Virus record (IMG/VR): IMGVR_UViG_3300048606_000011
Location: 1 to 42,720 of that record
Source: a virus
Lineage: Duplodnaviria > Caudoviricetes
DNA: 42,720 nt
Direction: 5' to 3' (one strand)
Within the stretch, counting starts at the first letter, position 1. Every line of letters begins with the position of its first letter. A program made the translations under genes and the position numbers. Under the pieces are notes generated by a model. That model worked only from the letters and a program-made list of their open reading frames with translations. It searched no databases and had not been told where the DNA came from. Below are positions 16,571-24,626 of this stretch, piece after piece.

Positions 16571-17179
16571 ATGATTGACTTTGAAGTGGGGACTCGGGTT
16601 CGGGCCCGGCGCATCGCGGGCGGGGAACTGATCGTGGGCGTGATCATCGAAGACCGCCACACGATGTCCAATGAGTATTGTGTGCGGGGAGATGACAGTA
16701 CGGTCGGGTATTACGTGTCCAAATCTTCGGCTGCGCTGATCGTACCAGTAGTGGATCGGAACAGGTTCAAGATCGGGGACAGGGTCCGGGTCACGGACAA
16801 GCGCCGGACCTGGAAAAACGGGTGCGCCTTCACGAAGGTACTCGAAGGCGAGATCACGCGAGTACCGGGTGATAATCAAGGCTACTACCGGTTCGGTGGG
16901 GATACGGTCAATTGGTGGGAGTCCAGTCTCGAACTGGCCGCATCCACACCCGAGACCCCGTTCGAATCGGATCCGGTCAAGCACCCAAGCCACTACACGG
17001 ACGTGGTCCCGGGTATCGAGTGCATCGATGTGGTCAAGCACTTCGCGTTTGCCGAAGGCAACGCGATCAAGTACATCTGGCGGGCCGGGGTTAAGGACAA
17101 GGCCACGCGCAAGCAGGATCTTCAGAAGGCGATCAAGAACCTGGAATTCGCGATTGCCAAGATCGAGGATGAGGAGTGA
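16571..17179 (+). CDS. DUF3310 (T7 gp1.7-like nucleotide kinase) domain protein with N-terminal SH3-like repeats
   Basis: DPVKHPSHYT...ECIDV...GNAIKYIWRAG.K...DLQKA; FEVGTRVR and FKIGDRVRV repeats. Confidence 0.8.
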   Translation: MIDFEVGTRVRARRIAGGELIVGVIIEDRHTMSNEYCVRGDDSTVGYYVSKSSAALIVPVVDRNRFKIGDRVRVTDKRRTWKNGCAFTKVLEGEITRVPGDNQGYYRFGGDTVNWWESSLELAASTPETPFESDPVKHPSHYTDVVPGIECIDVVKHFAFAEGNAIKYIWRAGVKDKATRKQDLQKAIKNLEFAIAKIEDEE

Positions 17180-17358
17180 AGTACGCGGGATGGGTCTTCC
17201 TGGCCCTGTACATGGCCTACCGGCGCATGGTCAAGGCGTGTGACTGCGAGGGGCTCAGAAGGCGTCTCGTCATCGCGCACAGGGAGACCAGGGACTGGCA
17301 GGCAGAGGCCAGGATCTATGAGGGGCTCGTACGAAAGACCTACCCCACCGTGGACTAG
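17176..17358 (+). CDS. hypothetical protein
   Basis: GTGA overlap; GAGG RBS. Confidence 0.6.
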   Translation: MKYAGWVFLALYMAYRRMVKACDCEGLRRRLVIAHRETRDWQAEARIYEGLVRKTYPTVD

Positions 17359-17388
17359 CGCCGGTAAGAATCCGATCGGGCCCGGGGG

Positions 17389-17417
17389 TTGACTCCGGGC
17401 CCCTGGCTTGATAAGGT
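17389..17417 (+). promoter_or_regulatory. sigma70/HrdB-type promoter, leaderless transcript
   Basis: TTGACT-17 nt-TAAGGT-6 nt-ATG. Confidence 0.65.
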
Positions 17418-17423
17418 CTTCCT

Positions 17424-17633
17424 ATGAACAAGACCTGGGAAGACAAAGAAGCGATCGCAGACCTTCGGGACGCGGTTCAGCTGGACATCCACTCACTTCG
17501 TCGGGACTCGGGCCCGAAGGCCGAAGACCGGGACGAAATCATTCGCTCTCTCCAGGCCCGGGGTTACAAGGTTGACCGTGCCCTGGTCTCCTCGTTCGAT
17601 CACCCGATGGACGTTACCGAAATCAAGCGTTGA
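17424..17633 (+). CDS. hypothetical protein
   Basis: Leaderless start behind promoter. Confidence 0.7.
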   Translation: MNKTWEDKEAIADLRDAVQLDIHSLRRDSGPKAEDRDEIIRSLQARGYKVDRALVSSFDHPMDVTEIKR

Positions 17634-17658
17634 CACCCTACCCGGATCGGGGTACAGT
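17630..17658 (+). promoter_or_regulatory. sigma70/HrdB-type promoter, leaderless transcript
   Basis: TTGACA-17 nt-TACAGT-6 nt-ATG. Confidence 0.75.
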
Positions 17659-17664
17659 AATCCT

Positions 17665-17865
17665 ATGAGCGAAAACGAGTTCACCGCCAAGGAATTCAAC
17701 TACTTCACGGCCCGAGCCGACGAGCTCCTGGATCCGCATCACGGGGCCCGAGCAGCGGCCACGGCTCAGTCCATGGTCGAGTTCGGCTGGACCAGGATCA
17801 AGGCCGACAACGCGGGCCGGGCGTACGTCGGCGAATGCTTCAAGGTAGAGAAGATTCTCAAGTAA
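17665..17865 (+). CDS. hypothetical protein
   Basis: MSENEFTAKEF...; leaderless start. Confidence 0.7.
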   Translation: MSENEFTAKEFNYFTARADELLDPHHGARAAATAQSMVEFGWTRIKADNAGRAYVGECFKVEKILK

Positions 17866-17869
17866 GACC

Positions 17870-17893
17870 GGGTGGCCCCTGAAGGGGCCACCC
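17870..17893 (+). other. GC-rich hairpin immediately 5' of the tRNA-like RNA
   Basis: GGGTGGCCCC-TGAA-GGGGCCACCC. Confidence 0.7.
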
Positions 17894-17896
17894 TTC

Positions 17897-17978
17897 GACC
17901 CCGTAGTGTAATCGGCAGCACGCTCCCCGGGTAGCTCCCGGACCAGGAGAGGTTCAGGTTCAAATCCTGGCGGGGTCA
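17897..17978 (+). ncRNA. tRNA-like RNA with non-canonical extended anticodon arm
   Basis: Acceptor GACCCCG/CGGGGTC+A; TA linker; D arm GTGT-AATCGGCA-GCAC; T arm TCAGG-TTCAAAT-CCTGG; anticodon arm CTCC/GGAG enclosing CCGGG-TAGCT-CCCGG plus ACCA bulge; no encoded 3' CCA. Confidence 0.75.
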
Positions 17979-18013
17979 CGCAAGTCATGCTAGTGTCATA
18001 GACAAGGGGAGAG

Positions 18014-18181
18014 ATGCGCGTGGCAAAGTGTAAGCACGAGTGGAAGTTCTGCTTCTACGTGGGGGCAGTCTGTATCCTGTGCAAGTTCAAGACCAAGGCT
18101 CGGTATCAGTGCACGAGGTGCGACACGACCACTACCCGGGACCACTTGTGCCTGGGCCCTCGCTCAAGGGGCATGCGATGA
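18014..18181 (+). CDS. 55-aa Cys-rich (Zn-ribbon-like) protein
   Basis: Hand translation MRVAKCKHEWKFCFYVGAVCILCKFKTKARYQCTRCDTTTTRDHLCLGPRSRGMR; GGGGAG RBS; ATGA overlap. Confidence 0.6.
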   Translation: MRVAKCKHEWKFCFYVGAVCILCKFKTKARYQCTRCDTTTTRDHLCLGPRSRGMR

Positions 18182-18315
18182 AGAACCCGTTCGTGACCGA
18201 GATCGTGGGCCGACCCGAGACCATCGCCAAGATGAGCCTAGAGCGGTGTCGAAAGTGCAAGCCGGAGAAAGGCACGTACTGCTCCAAGCACGCCAAGAAC
18301 GGGGCTTGGAAGTGA
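18178..18315 (+). CDS. 45-aa protein with CxxC...CxxH
   Basis: MKNPFVTE...RCRKC...YCSKH; overlaps at both ends. Confidence 0.6.
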   Translation: MKNPFVTEIVGRPETIAKMSLERCRKCKPEKGTYCSKHAKNGAWK

Positions 18316-18497
18316 ACCGGGAGTTCGACTTGCCCATGGGCGTGCCCCGGGATCCGCGGCCCCCGCACAAGCTTCATTGCCTGGCCGAAGGCTGTCAGTA
18401 CGTGGCCACGGCCCGGAACGCGGGTACGGCCCTACGCCGGATCCGCAAGCACCGCTCAGACAAGCACCCAGACATGAAAGGCAGGCCCCAGCGATGA
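18312..18497 (+). CDS. small C2H2 zinc-finger-like protein
   Basis: HCLAEGCQY...RKHRSDKH; GTGA/ATGA overlaps. Confidence 0.6.
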   Translation: MNREFDLPMGVPRDPRPPHKLHCLAEGCQYVATARNAGTALRRIRKHRSDKHPDMKGRPQR

Positions 18498-18652
18498 GCA
18501 AGGACCAGTGGCTGGTGGTAGTCAAACGCGAAGGCCAGAAGGCGATCCCGCGCCGGTTCGAGGACAAGCACAAGGCCTGGGTCAGCTACCAGGCCTTGAA
18601 GGGGGCCGCAGGCCCCAAGGTCAAGGTCTCGATCTACGGGCCAGGATTTTAG
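18494..18652 (+). CDS. hypothetical protein
   Basis: MSKDQWLVVVKREG...; ATGA overlap. Confidence 0.6.
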   Translation: MSKDQWLVVVKREGQKAIPRRFEDKHKAWVSYQALKGAAGPKVKVSIYGPGF

Positions 18653-18654
18653 GC

Positions 18655-18683
18655 TTGACAGCCCCTTCGGGGGCTGCTAGTCT
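18655..18683 (+). promoter_or_regulatory. sigma70/HrdB-type promoter (leaderless) with hairpin in spacer
   Basis: TTGACA-17 nt-TAGTCT-6 nt-ATG; CAGCCCC-TTCG-GGGGCTG spans the spacer. Confidence 0.75.
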
Positions 18684-18689
18684 CTGTAC

Positions 18690-18794
18690 ATGAACAAAAA
18701 CAAGTTCGACGCGGTAGAGGTCATCGGAACCCTGATCGCCTTCCTGGCCGTAGCCGGGGTCATGGCCTGGGCCCTGATCAACCTGTTCAGCTGA
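18690..18794 (+). CDS. 34-aa membrane peptide
   Basis: Hand translation MNKNKFDAVEVIGTLIAFLAVAGVMAWALINLFS. Confidence 0.6.
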   Translation: MNKNKFDAVEVIGTLIAFLAVAGVMAWALINLFS

Positions 18795-18805
18795 GAGAGG
18801 GAGTC

Positions 18806-18943
18806 ATGGCCAAAGATAAGTTCGAGGACAACCGGATGAACCCGTCCGGGAAGAAGGACCTGCCCAAGCCCCCGACCAAGGAGACCCTCAAGAAAGAGGG
18901 TGACGCGATCGGGAACAACGTCACAGGCAAGGGCAAGAAGTGA
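18806..18943 (+). CDS. 45-aa Lys-rich hypothetical protein
   Basis: GAGGGAG RBS; MAKDKFEDNRMNPSGKK... Confidence 0.6.
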   Translation: MAKDKFEDNRMNPSGKKDLPKPPTKETLKKEGDAIGNNVTGKGKK

Positions 18944-19083
18944 GCCACAAGCACGACCGTAACGGGAACATCGAAGAGATTACGATCGTAGTGGGCGATG
19001 AATTGGTCACGTACCAACGCCACTTCTGTTCGTGCGGTCAGCAGATGTCTAACCAGATCATACGACGGGAGAAAATGAAATGA
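18940..19083 (+). CDS. 47-aa hypothetical protein
   Basis: GTGA/ATGA overlaps; MSHKHDRNG...HFCSCG. Confidence 0.55.
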   Translation: MSHKHDRNGNIEEITIVVGDELVTYQRHFCSCGQQMSNQIIRREKMK

Positions 19084-19478
19084 CCGAGTTGGTGGGCCCG
19101 AAGCCCAAGATCGAAGAGCCCCACTTCCCCACCCCGTGGACCTCGGACGGATCCCAGGTCCTGGACGCGAACGGGAACACCCTGTTCAATGTGGACACGC
19201 CTTCGTGGGTACACGTCGATCACGAACTGGCCGAGTACCTGGTACGGCTCGTGAACCAGGGCCACGAAGCCCCGAAGGTCAAGTACTACCGGGAGGACTA
19301 CACCGAGACCGGCCTAGAGCCCACGTACTACCGCGTGGACCCGGACGGAGACCAGTACGCGGCTCATTACAGGCCGTATCAGTGGGTTCAGCAGATCGGG
19401 CGGGGTCGGGAAGCACTCGGTCCGGACGAGGACCGGCCGGAGATCACGCTGGCCGAGGTCCCCGAGGAACTCCGATGA
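19080..19478 (+). CDS. hypothetical protein (PTPW...DANG paralog 1)
   Basis: ATGA overlap; shares motifs with the next gene. Confidence 0.75.
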   Translation: MTELVGPKPKIEEPHFPTPWTSDGSQVLDANGNTLFNVDTPSWVHVDHELAEYLVRLVNQGHEAPKVKYYREDYTETGLEPTYYRVDPDGDQYAAHYRPYQWVQQIGRGREALGPDEDRPEITLAEVPEELR

Positions 19479-19957
19479 GTGTCTGGTACGGGCCCGAGGT
19501 CAAGGTCCCGAAGCACCCGACCCCGTGGAGGACTGACAGCAACCGAGTGTACGACGCAAACGGGGTCCTGGTCATCACGATCGAGGGCCGGAGCACGTTT
19601 GCAAATCAGGACATTGAACTGGCCCAAATTCTTCGGGACGCGGTCAACGCCAAGGCCCTGACTCCGGTCGAGGTCCCGGACCTGCCCAAGTTCTACCGCA
19701 AGAAAAAGGGGGAACGATCCCTGCTAGGGGGTACGGTCAGCCCCGGGCCGCTCATCGCCTCCGTGCACTCATACCACTACTACCGCCAGGTCCCGGGGCA
19801 GGAATTAGAGCGCCTCGCAACACGGCACGATCGTTGGATCCAGGCCGCGTGGCCCAGCGTCGAGGCGATGCGGGAGGAGGAGTCCCGTACCGTGGAAGAA
19901 ATCGACCACGATCATCTCCCCGGCTTAGCCCCGAACACGCCCCCGTTCAAGGACTAG
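19475..19957 (+). CDS. hypothetical protein (PTPW...DANG paralog 2)
   Basis: ATG 19475 with GAGG RBS inside track ORF 19136..19957. Confidence 0.75.
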   Translation: MSVWYGPEVKVPKHPTPWRTDSNRVYDANGVLVITIEGRSTFANQDIELAQILRDAVNAKALTPVEVPDLPKFYRKKKGERSLLGGTVSPGPLIASVHSYHYYRQVPGQELERLATRHDRWIQAAWPSVEAMREEESRTVEEIDHDHLPGLAPNTPPFKD

Positions 19958-19961
19958 GCGC

Positions 19962-20015
19962 AGAAAAAGGCCCCACCCAGACTCCAAAAAACGGAGCGAG
20001 GGTGGGGCCTTTTCT
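19962..20015. terminator. bidirectional intrinsic terminator between converging arms
   Basis: AGAAAAAGGCCCCACCC...GGGTGGGGCCTTTTCT with A/T tails on both sides. Confidence 0.85.
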
Positions 20016-20020
20016 AGTTC

Positions 20021-20263
20021 TTACGCTGGGCCGGACCAGGAGTCTTCCAGGTCCTGGGGCGTGGCCGGGGGCAGCTCCTGGTTCCTCGGTCCGAGGATGG
20101 TCAGAAGCCCAGCCAGGATCGGGCTCAGGCCGCCCAGAAGGGCGGTCACGGTACCTAGGTCCAGGTGGACATCGAACCCGGCTAGGACCGCGACTACAGC
20201 CGCGGGCGTGAGCCCACCGATGAGTGCGAGTAGCCCTTTACTATACTTGCGGATCTTGTTCAT
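20021..20263 (-). CDS. holin
   Basis: Basic N-terminus, two hydrophobic segments, PRN motif; directly downstream of the endolysin. Confidence 0.75.
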   Translation of the reverse strand: MNKIRKYSKGLLALIGGLTPAAVVAVLAGFDVHLDLGTVTALLGGLSPILAGLLTILGPRNQELPPATPQDLEDSWSGPA

Positions 20264-20273
20264 GGTTCCTTCC

Positions 20274-21188
20274 TTACGCTACGGATACGACCGTGATCCA
20301 ATGCGGGGTCTTGCACGAGTAGCTGTACACGATCCGAGTTGTACCTTGGGGGATGTCGTATTGCCCGGGCTGGTTGATCTCGACCCGAGACGGGTTCACG
20401 CCCGCGACCGTGGAGTTACCCCCGCCCGTGCCCCCCTTCGGGCCCCAGTTCAACGGCTTGCCCAGGAACACGGGCTCACCCACGACCGTGCCGATGACGT
20501 TGAGCACGGCCTTAGAACCGTCCCAGGGGATCGTGTAGGTCCTGGTGCTAGCGGCCGGGTCCAGGAGTTCTCTGTACATGTTGTCCTCGTCTTCATCGGT
20601 GCTCTTGATCGGGACCGGGACCTGGCCCGAGCCACCGTTAGGGGAGTAGTCCGCGTACACATAGTTCAGGTCACACTCAAGGCCGTCTACGTACACGCGC
20701 CCGTTGTTGAACTGATAAAGATTAGCAAAGCTAACCAGTTCAGACTGACGCCCGGACTGCCAGAAGGCCGGAACCAAACCGTTAGCCGTGTCCATGGCAT
20801 TACGGAACCCGTACGCACCGACCCGATCCCGGCCCAGGACCGAGGCCGCACCACTCAGGTACTCGTGCCACGCAGTGGCGTTCAGCGTGGTCTTGTCATT
20901 GCAGAAGAACACGACTCCGGTATAGCCCAGGTACTCGGCCCCGGCCTTAGCCCGTTGAGCGTTAGCGACCCCTGCGGCGTAGCCGCCTTCGGGGTCCTGA
21001 GTTGTGTTCTGGAATACGAGATAGACCGTGAGCCCGTTCGCGAGATGATCCCGGTACTCGTTCAGATCTGTGTGCTTGGTCCGGAGCCGATTCGGGGCAT
21101 CGATGTAGCGAATGACCCCGTCGTAACCGTCTCTCCGGATACTGAAGCCGGAGAGCTTGGCCCCTGAATAATCGAGATATCGTCTCAT
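20274..21188 (-). CDS. endolysin (DUF1906/GH25-like glycoside hydrolase)
   Basis: YLDYS...GVIRY...VFFCND...VGAYGF...WQ...ECDLN; GAGG RBS before ATG 21188. Confidence 0.8.
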   Translation of the reverse strand: MRRYLDYSGAKLSGFSIRRDGYDGVIRYIDAPNRLRTKHTDLNEYRDHLANGLTVYLVFQNTTQDPEGGYAAGVANAQRAKAGAEYLGYTGVVFFCNDKTTLNATAWHEYLSGAASVLGRDRVGAYGFRNAMDTANGLVPAFWQSGRQSELVSFANLYQFNNGRVYVDGLECDLNYVYADYSPNGGSGQVPVPIKSTDEDEDNMYRELLDPAASTRTYTIPWDGSKAVLNVIGTVVGEPVFLGKPLNWGPKGGTGGGNSTVAGVNPSRVEINQPGQYDIPQGTTRIVYSYSCKTPHWITVVSVA

Positions 21189-21195
21189 CGTGTCC

Positions 21196-21867
21196 TCACG
21201 AGCAAGAGTAAGTCGGGGCCTGGTCATTGGTGTTGTTCCGGACGCAGTCGTACACGGTCCCGGTTAGAGGATCAGTCCAGGTCCAGCCCGCAGGTGGGGC
21301 TCCATCCTGGCCATCGGCCCCGTCTTCACCCGAAGCTCCGGACGGCCCCTCCGGGCCCGCTGGCCCAGGCTCGCCCTGAGCCCCATTCTGACCGTCTGAA
21401 CCCGAGGCTCCGGGCTCCCCAGCCAGGCCAGGGGTTCCGTTCGTTCCCGGGCTTCCCGCCGACCCAGGAACACCCTGTGTGCCAGGCTCGCCCTTGTTCC
21501 CCGTAGCCCCGACTGGGCCCGGAGGGCCCTCGGGCCCAACCGGACCCGTAGGCCCAGCCACAGGCAGGGCCGGGGTATCCTTGATCTCCGAGGCCTTGGT
21601 ACACGCCGCGCCCAGGGCCTGGGCCGTAGCCCCGCCCTTGGCACAAGCTGCCTGTACCTGGTCCGCCAAGGTCTGGGCCTGGTCGTCCTTCGTCGAAAGC
21701 TGGCCCTGGGTATCGGTCACGGCTTGCTGGGACTGGACTTGCAGATATCCGGCCCAGCACAAGGCCAGGATGCCCGCGATGAGAGCGAGCCAGGTCATGC
21801 GACGTTTGGACTTGGGGCGGTCCGGGTCCGGGGGGAGGGGAGCAAACTCAGACACGGGGATCACCAC
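21196..21867 (-). CDS. membrane-anchored collagen-like (Gly-X-Y) protein
   Basis: N-terminal TM segment, ~28 G-X-Y triplets, two Cys pairs; in the lysis cassette. Confidence 0.8.
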   Translation of the reverse strand: MVIPVSEFAPLPPDPDRPKSKRRMTWLALIAGILALCWAGYLQVQSQQAVTDTQGQLSTKDDQAQTLADQVQAACAKGGATAQALGAACTKASEIKDTPALPVAGPTGPVGPEGPPGPVGATGNKGEPGTQGVPGSAGSPGTNGTPGLAGEPGASGSDGQNGAQGEPGPAGPEGPSGASGEDGADGQDGAPPAGWTWTDPLTGTVYDCVRNNTNDQAPTYSCS

Positions 21868-22180
21868 TCAGCTTCAGCATATGGGCTTCTTCTTCGGCCC
21901 TTCTCCGGGCCGAACGTTCGACTTCCATTTCGGCCCTCATAACCCGGATGTCTTCCCGGAGTCCTTTGATCTCGGTATTGAGCTCGATTAGTTCCTTAGC
22001 ATGGATCACGTCTTGCCGGTCAAGCTCTGAAGTCAGGGACTTCAGGCGCTCATCGTAAGCCGAGATCAATTCCTTGTATCGTGTCGAGGTCTGTCTGTTC
22101 AAGACCCACATCACGATGAGGACCACAAGCGCAATACCGATAGGCCCGAGTTGGCCTAGAGCACCGATTGCAGATTCCAC
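21848..22180 (-). CDS. membrane protein with coiled coil (lysis cassette)
   Basis: N-terminal TM segment then heptad-rich region; AGGAG RBS. Confidence 0.7.
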   Translation of the reverse strand: MESAIGALGQLGPIGIALVVLIVMWVLNRQTSTRYKELISAYDERLKSLTSELDRQDVIHAKELIELNTEIKGLREDIRVMRAEMEVERSARRRAEEEAHMLKLSGDPRV

Positions 22181-22198
22181 TAGGTGCTCCTAGTCGGG

Positions 22199-22747
22199 TT
22201 AGGCCACTCGCCAGACGGACAGAGTTGCGGGGTAGGACGCGAACAGGGTATTAGCCGCAACCGCGTTGTTGTACCCGTAAGCACAAATCGTGGCCCCGGC
22301 CGCCAGGTACCTCACGCAAGACACGCCGTAGGACGGGCCCGCGCTGAAGACCCCGAGGGAATACACGCCCGTGGTTAGGGTCGCAGTAGCATTCCCGATG
22401 AAGACCGCAGCAGTTGAGGCCGTAGTGATGTACAGCTCGGCACTCATGGCGTACACGCCCGAGGCAGTAACCGTGTACTGGTTCGTGCCGTTCCAGGTGA
22501 TCCCGGCCGCCGCTACGGTCGCGGTTGGAAGCGTGAGTTTGTTGTTACCCGTGGCCAAGGACTGAAGCGCGTTAGCGCGTTGCTCTCCGCCTACCGGGGT
22601 CGGGGTCACGAGCGCGGCCAAGGTCGCGTCCATGGTCACGATCTTGTTTTCTACGGCCGTGAATCCGGCTTGGCCCAGGGTCGCACCGTTGGGCGAATCA
22701 GCCAGGGACTGGTACGGAAACCCGTAGACCGGGGTGGTTCCTGCCAT
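22199..22747 (-). CDS. minor tail protein (possible receptor-binding fibre)
   Basis: TTPVYGFPY N-terminus; Ala/Thr/Gly-rich beta C-terminus. Confidence 0.7.
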   Translation of the reverse strand: MAGTTPVYGFPYQSLADSPNGATLGQAGFTAVENKIVTMDATLAALVTPTPVGGEQRANALQSLATGNNKLTLPTATVAAAGITWNGTNQYTVTASGVYAMSAELYITTASTAAVFIGNATATLTTGVYSLGVFSAGPSYGVSCVRYLAAGATICAYGYNNAVAANTLFASYPATLSVWRVA

Positions 22748-22756
22748 GAGGGCTCC

Positions 22757-23482
22757 TTAGAAGGGCAGTACAGAAATCCAGGGTGCGGACACGGCTACTT
22801 TCGTCCCCCCGGCTGTGAGCGAAAGCTTGTACTTCGGAGTAATCGTAATTACGCCGGGGGTCACCTTCTGGACCCCGATGCCGGTTCCTTGGAAGAATCC
22901 GATTGTCTTGCTCATCGGGATATCCACCGCGCTGGCGGTGCCGTACGACGCACACGCGACCGTGCTGCCCAAGAACAGGCCCGGGTCCATCACGAAGTCG
23001 CCCGAAATAGCCACGCCCATTTCCAGCCCCGACTTGTCACAGCCACAGAGCATGGTTCCGAACGAGACGAAGAAGTTTTGGTTTGTACCGATTCGGAGCG
23101 TGATGGACGGAGACACACCCGCGCCCCCGTTTAGATCCCGCCAGGTGCCCGTGGTCCCGGAGATGTCTCCCCCGACCCCGGTCCCGTACTTGGGGGTAGA
23201 GCCGGATGCAATCCCGGGAGCTTGGAGCCTTCCGTGGATTACGTACTGAGTCTGCTTGCGCTGGACCATGACATTGTCGCCAGCCTTGTACGAAGCCCCG
23301 ACGCCACCTACGATCGACTTCATGTTCGGGATCACGGTCCCGTTTACCTGGACCGTGTTCACGCCCGAGATGTCATCCCAGGTAAGGACCCGGCCCATGT
23401 GCCAAGACTGGTCCTCATTGCCGCTCGGGGCGGCCAAGGCCTGGGCCAGGAGCACGTCAATACCGTCTCCGGTCAAGATCAT
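22757..23482 (-). CDS. minor tail protein
   Basis: Position; OB-like N-terminus (GDNVMV...YVIHGRL). Confidence 0.65.
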   Translation of the reverse strand: MILTGDGIDVLLAQALAAPSGNEDQSWHMGRVLTWDDISGVNTVQVNGTVIPNMKSIVGGVGASYKAGDNVMVQRKQTQYVIHGRLQAPGIASGSTPKYGTGVGGDISGTTGTWRDLNGGAGVSPSITLRIGTNQNFFVSFGTMLCGCDKSGLEMGVAISGDFVMDPGLFLGSTVACASYGTASAVDIPMSKTIGFFQGTGIGVQKVTPGVITITPKYKLSLTAGGTKVAVSAPWISVLPF

Positions 23483-23484
23483 GA

Positions 23485-24618
23485 TCAGCTCCTGTATTGC
23501 TTGCGCGTGTCGATACCCATGGCCGCGTCCACGGAAAGGGAGTACGAGATCTTTTCGATGATGTGGGACTCGATCCGGCTTATCTCATCGTACTTGACCG
23601 TGACCACGTCCCAGCCTTCTAGGGCCGGGTTCGGGACCACGCCCATGGACACGACGTAGGGCAGGCCCGTGCTCGAACTCAGGATAGACGCAGCCGCAGA
23701 CTGGCACTGCTTCTCCGTAGTCAGGAACGAAGACGAGAACCGGCGTGAGACCTTGCCAAAGGTCCCGTAGTAGTACGTGGGTGAGGCCGGATCCCCGTCA
23801 ATCGCGATGCCGTAGACCGGTGGGATATCGTTCGCAGCCTCGCCCGTGGCGATGACCGCGTTGTACACCCCGTCCCGGTTAATGGATCGAGCCATGGACA
23901 CGAGCACACCGAAGGCCCCGGAGTTGATCACGAATACCGGCGTGGTCGTGTTCGTGGGCGGGGTCTTGACCTGGTACACCCCGTCATAGCGGAAGTACCC
24001 GACCTTGGAATAGGACGTCAGAAGGTCGGAGAGGAACTGGACCCGGTCTTCGGACATGACATGCTGGGATTCGAGCAAGGTCCCGTACGCGTCGAAGTCG
24101 TAGGCCGTAGTAGCGCCTCCGGGGACTGCGTCCCCTACGACGAAATCAATCACGGCCCCGAGCGAGGACCCGGCCGAAAACACGACAGGTTGCATGTTCT
24201 TGGCGTCTCGGACGTAGGCCATTCGATCCGAACCCGAGAGCCGGAGTGTGCCCTTCGGAACCTGGTTCTGTTCGACTGCGTCGATCCGGAAATAGCCTAG
24301 GCCCACGAACTCACGGATGCCGTTGGCGTAGACCACGCCTCGTTCCACGTACAGTTCCTGGCCGTAGGGATTCCCGAGCGAAGCGGAGGAATCCGGCCAA
24401 GCCAGGGACGAGGTGATGTCCACAGTCCCGTTCACGTCTGCGGTCGTATCGAAGGACACATCCCCGGACCCAATCGGGATCTCATTGGTCGGGGACCCGT
24501 CCGCGTTCAAGGGCCCGGGGTTGTTCCCGGTGAAGCCCGGGTTCACGATCCGGGCCCTGAACACGGCCTTGTGCGCGCCCCGTACCGTGTTCAGGAAGGA
24601 ATCGGATACGGGGCGCAT
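23485..24618 (-). CDS. minor tail protein (DUF5047-like hub)
   Basis: MRPVSDSFL..V..H start, LGYFRID, VYNAVIATGE, VPNPALE..D. Confidence 0.75.
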   Translation of the reverse strand: MRPVSDSFLNTVRGAHKAVFRARIVNPGFTGNNPGPLNADGSPTNEIPIGSGDVSFDTTADVNGTVDITSSLAWPDSSASLGNPYGQELYVERGVVYANGIREFVGLGYFRIDAVEQNQVPKGTLRLSGSDRMAYVRDAKNMQPVVFSAGSSLGAVIDFVVGDAVPGGATTAYDFDAYGTLLESQHVMSEDRVQFLSDLLTSYSKVGYFRYDGVYQVKTPPTNTTTPVFVINSGAFGVLVSMARSINRDGVYNAVIATGEAANDIPPVYGIAIDGDPASPTYYYGTFGKVSRRFSSSFLTTEKQCQSAAASILSSSTGLPYVVSMGVVPNPALEGWDVVTVKYDEISRIESHIIEKISYSLSVDAAMGIDTRKQYRS

Positions 24619-24626
24619 ACAAGCTC

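Noticed and set aside
19136-19474. N-terminal extension of track ORF 19136..19957
   Set aside because: It overlaps gene 19080..19478. The better start is ATG 19475, which has an RBS, an ATGA overlap and alignment with its paralog.
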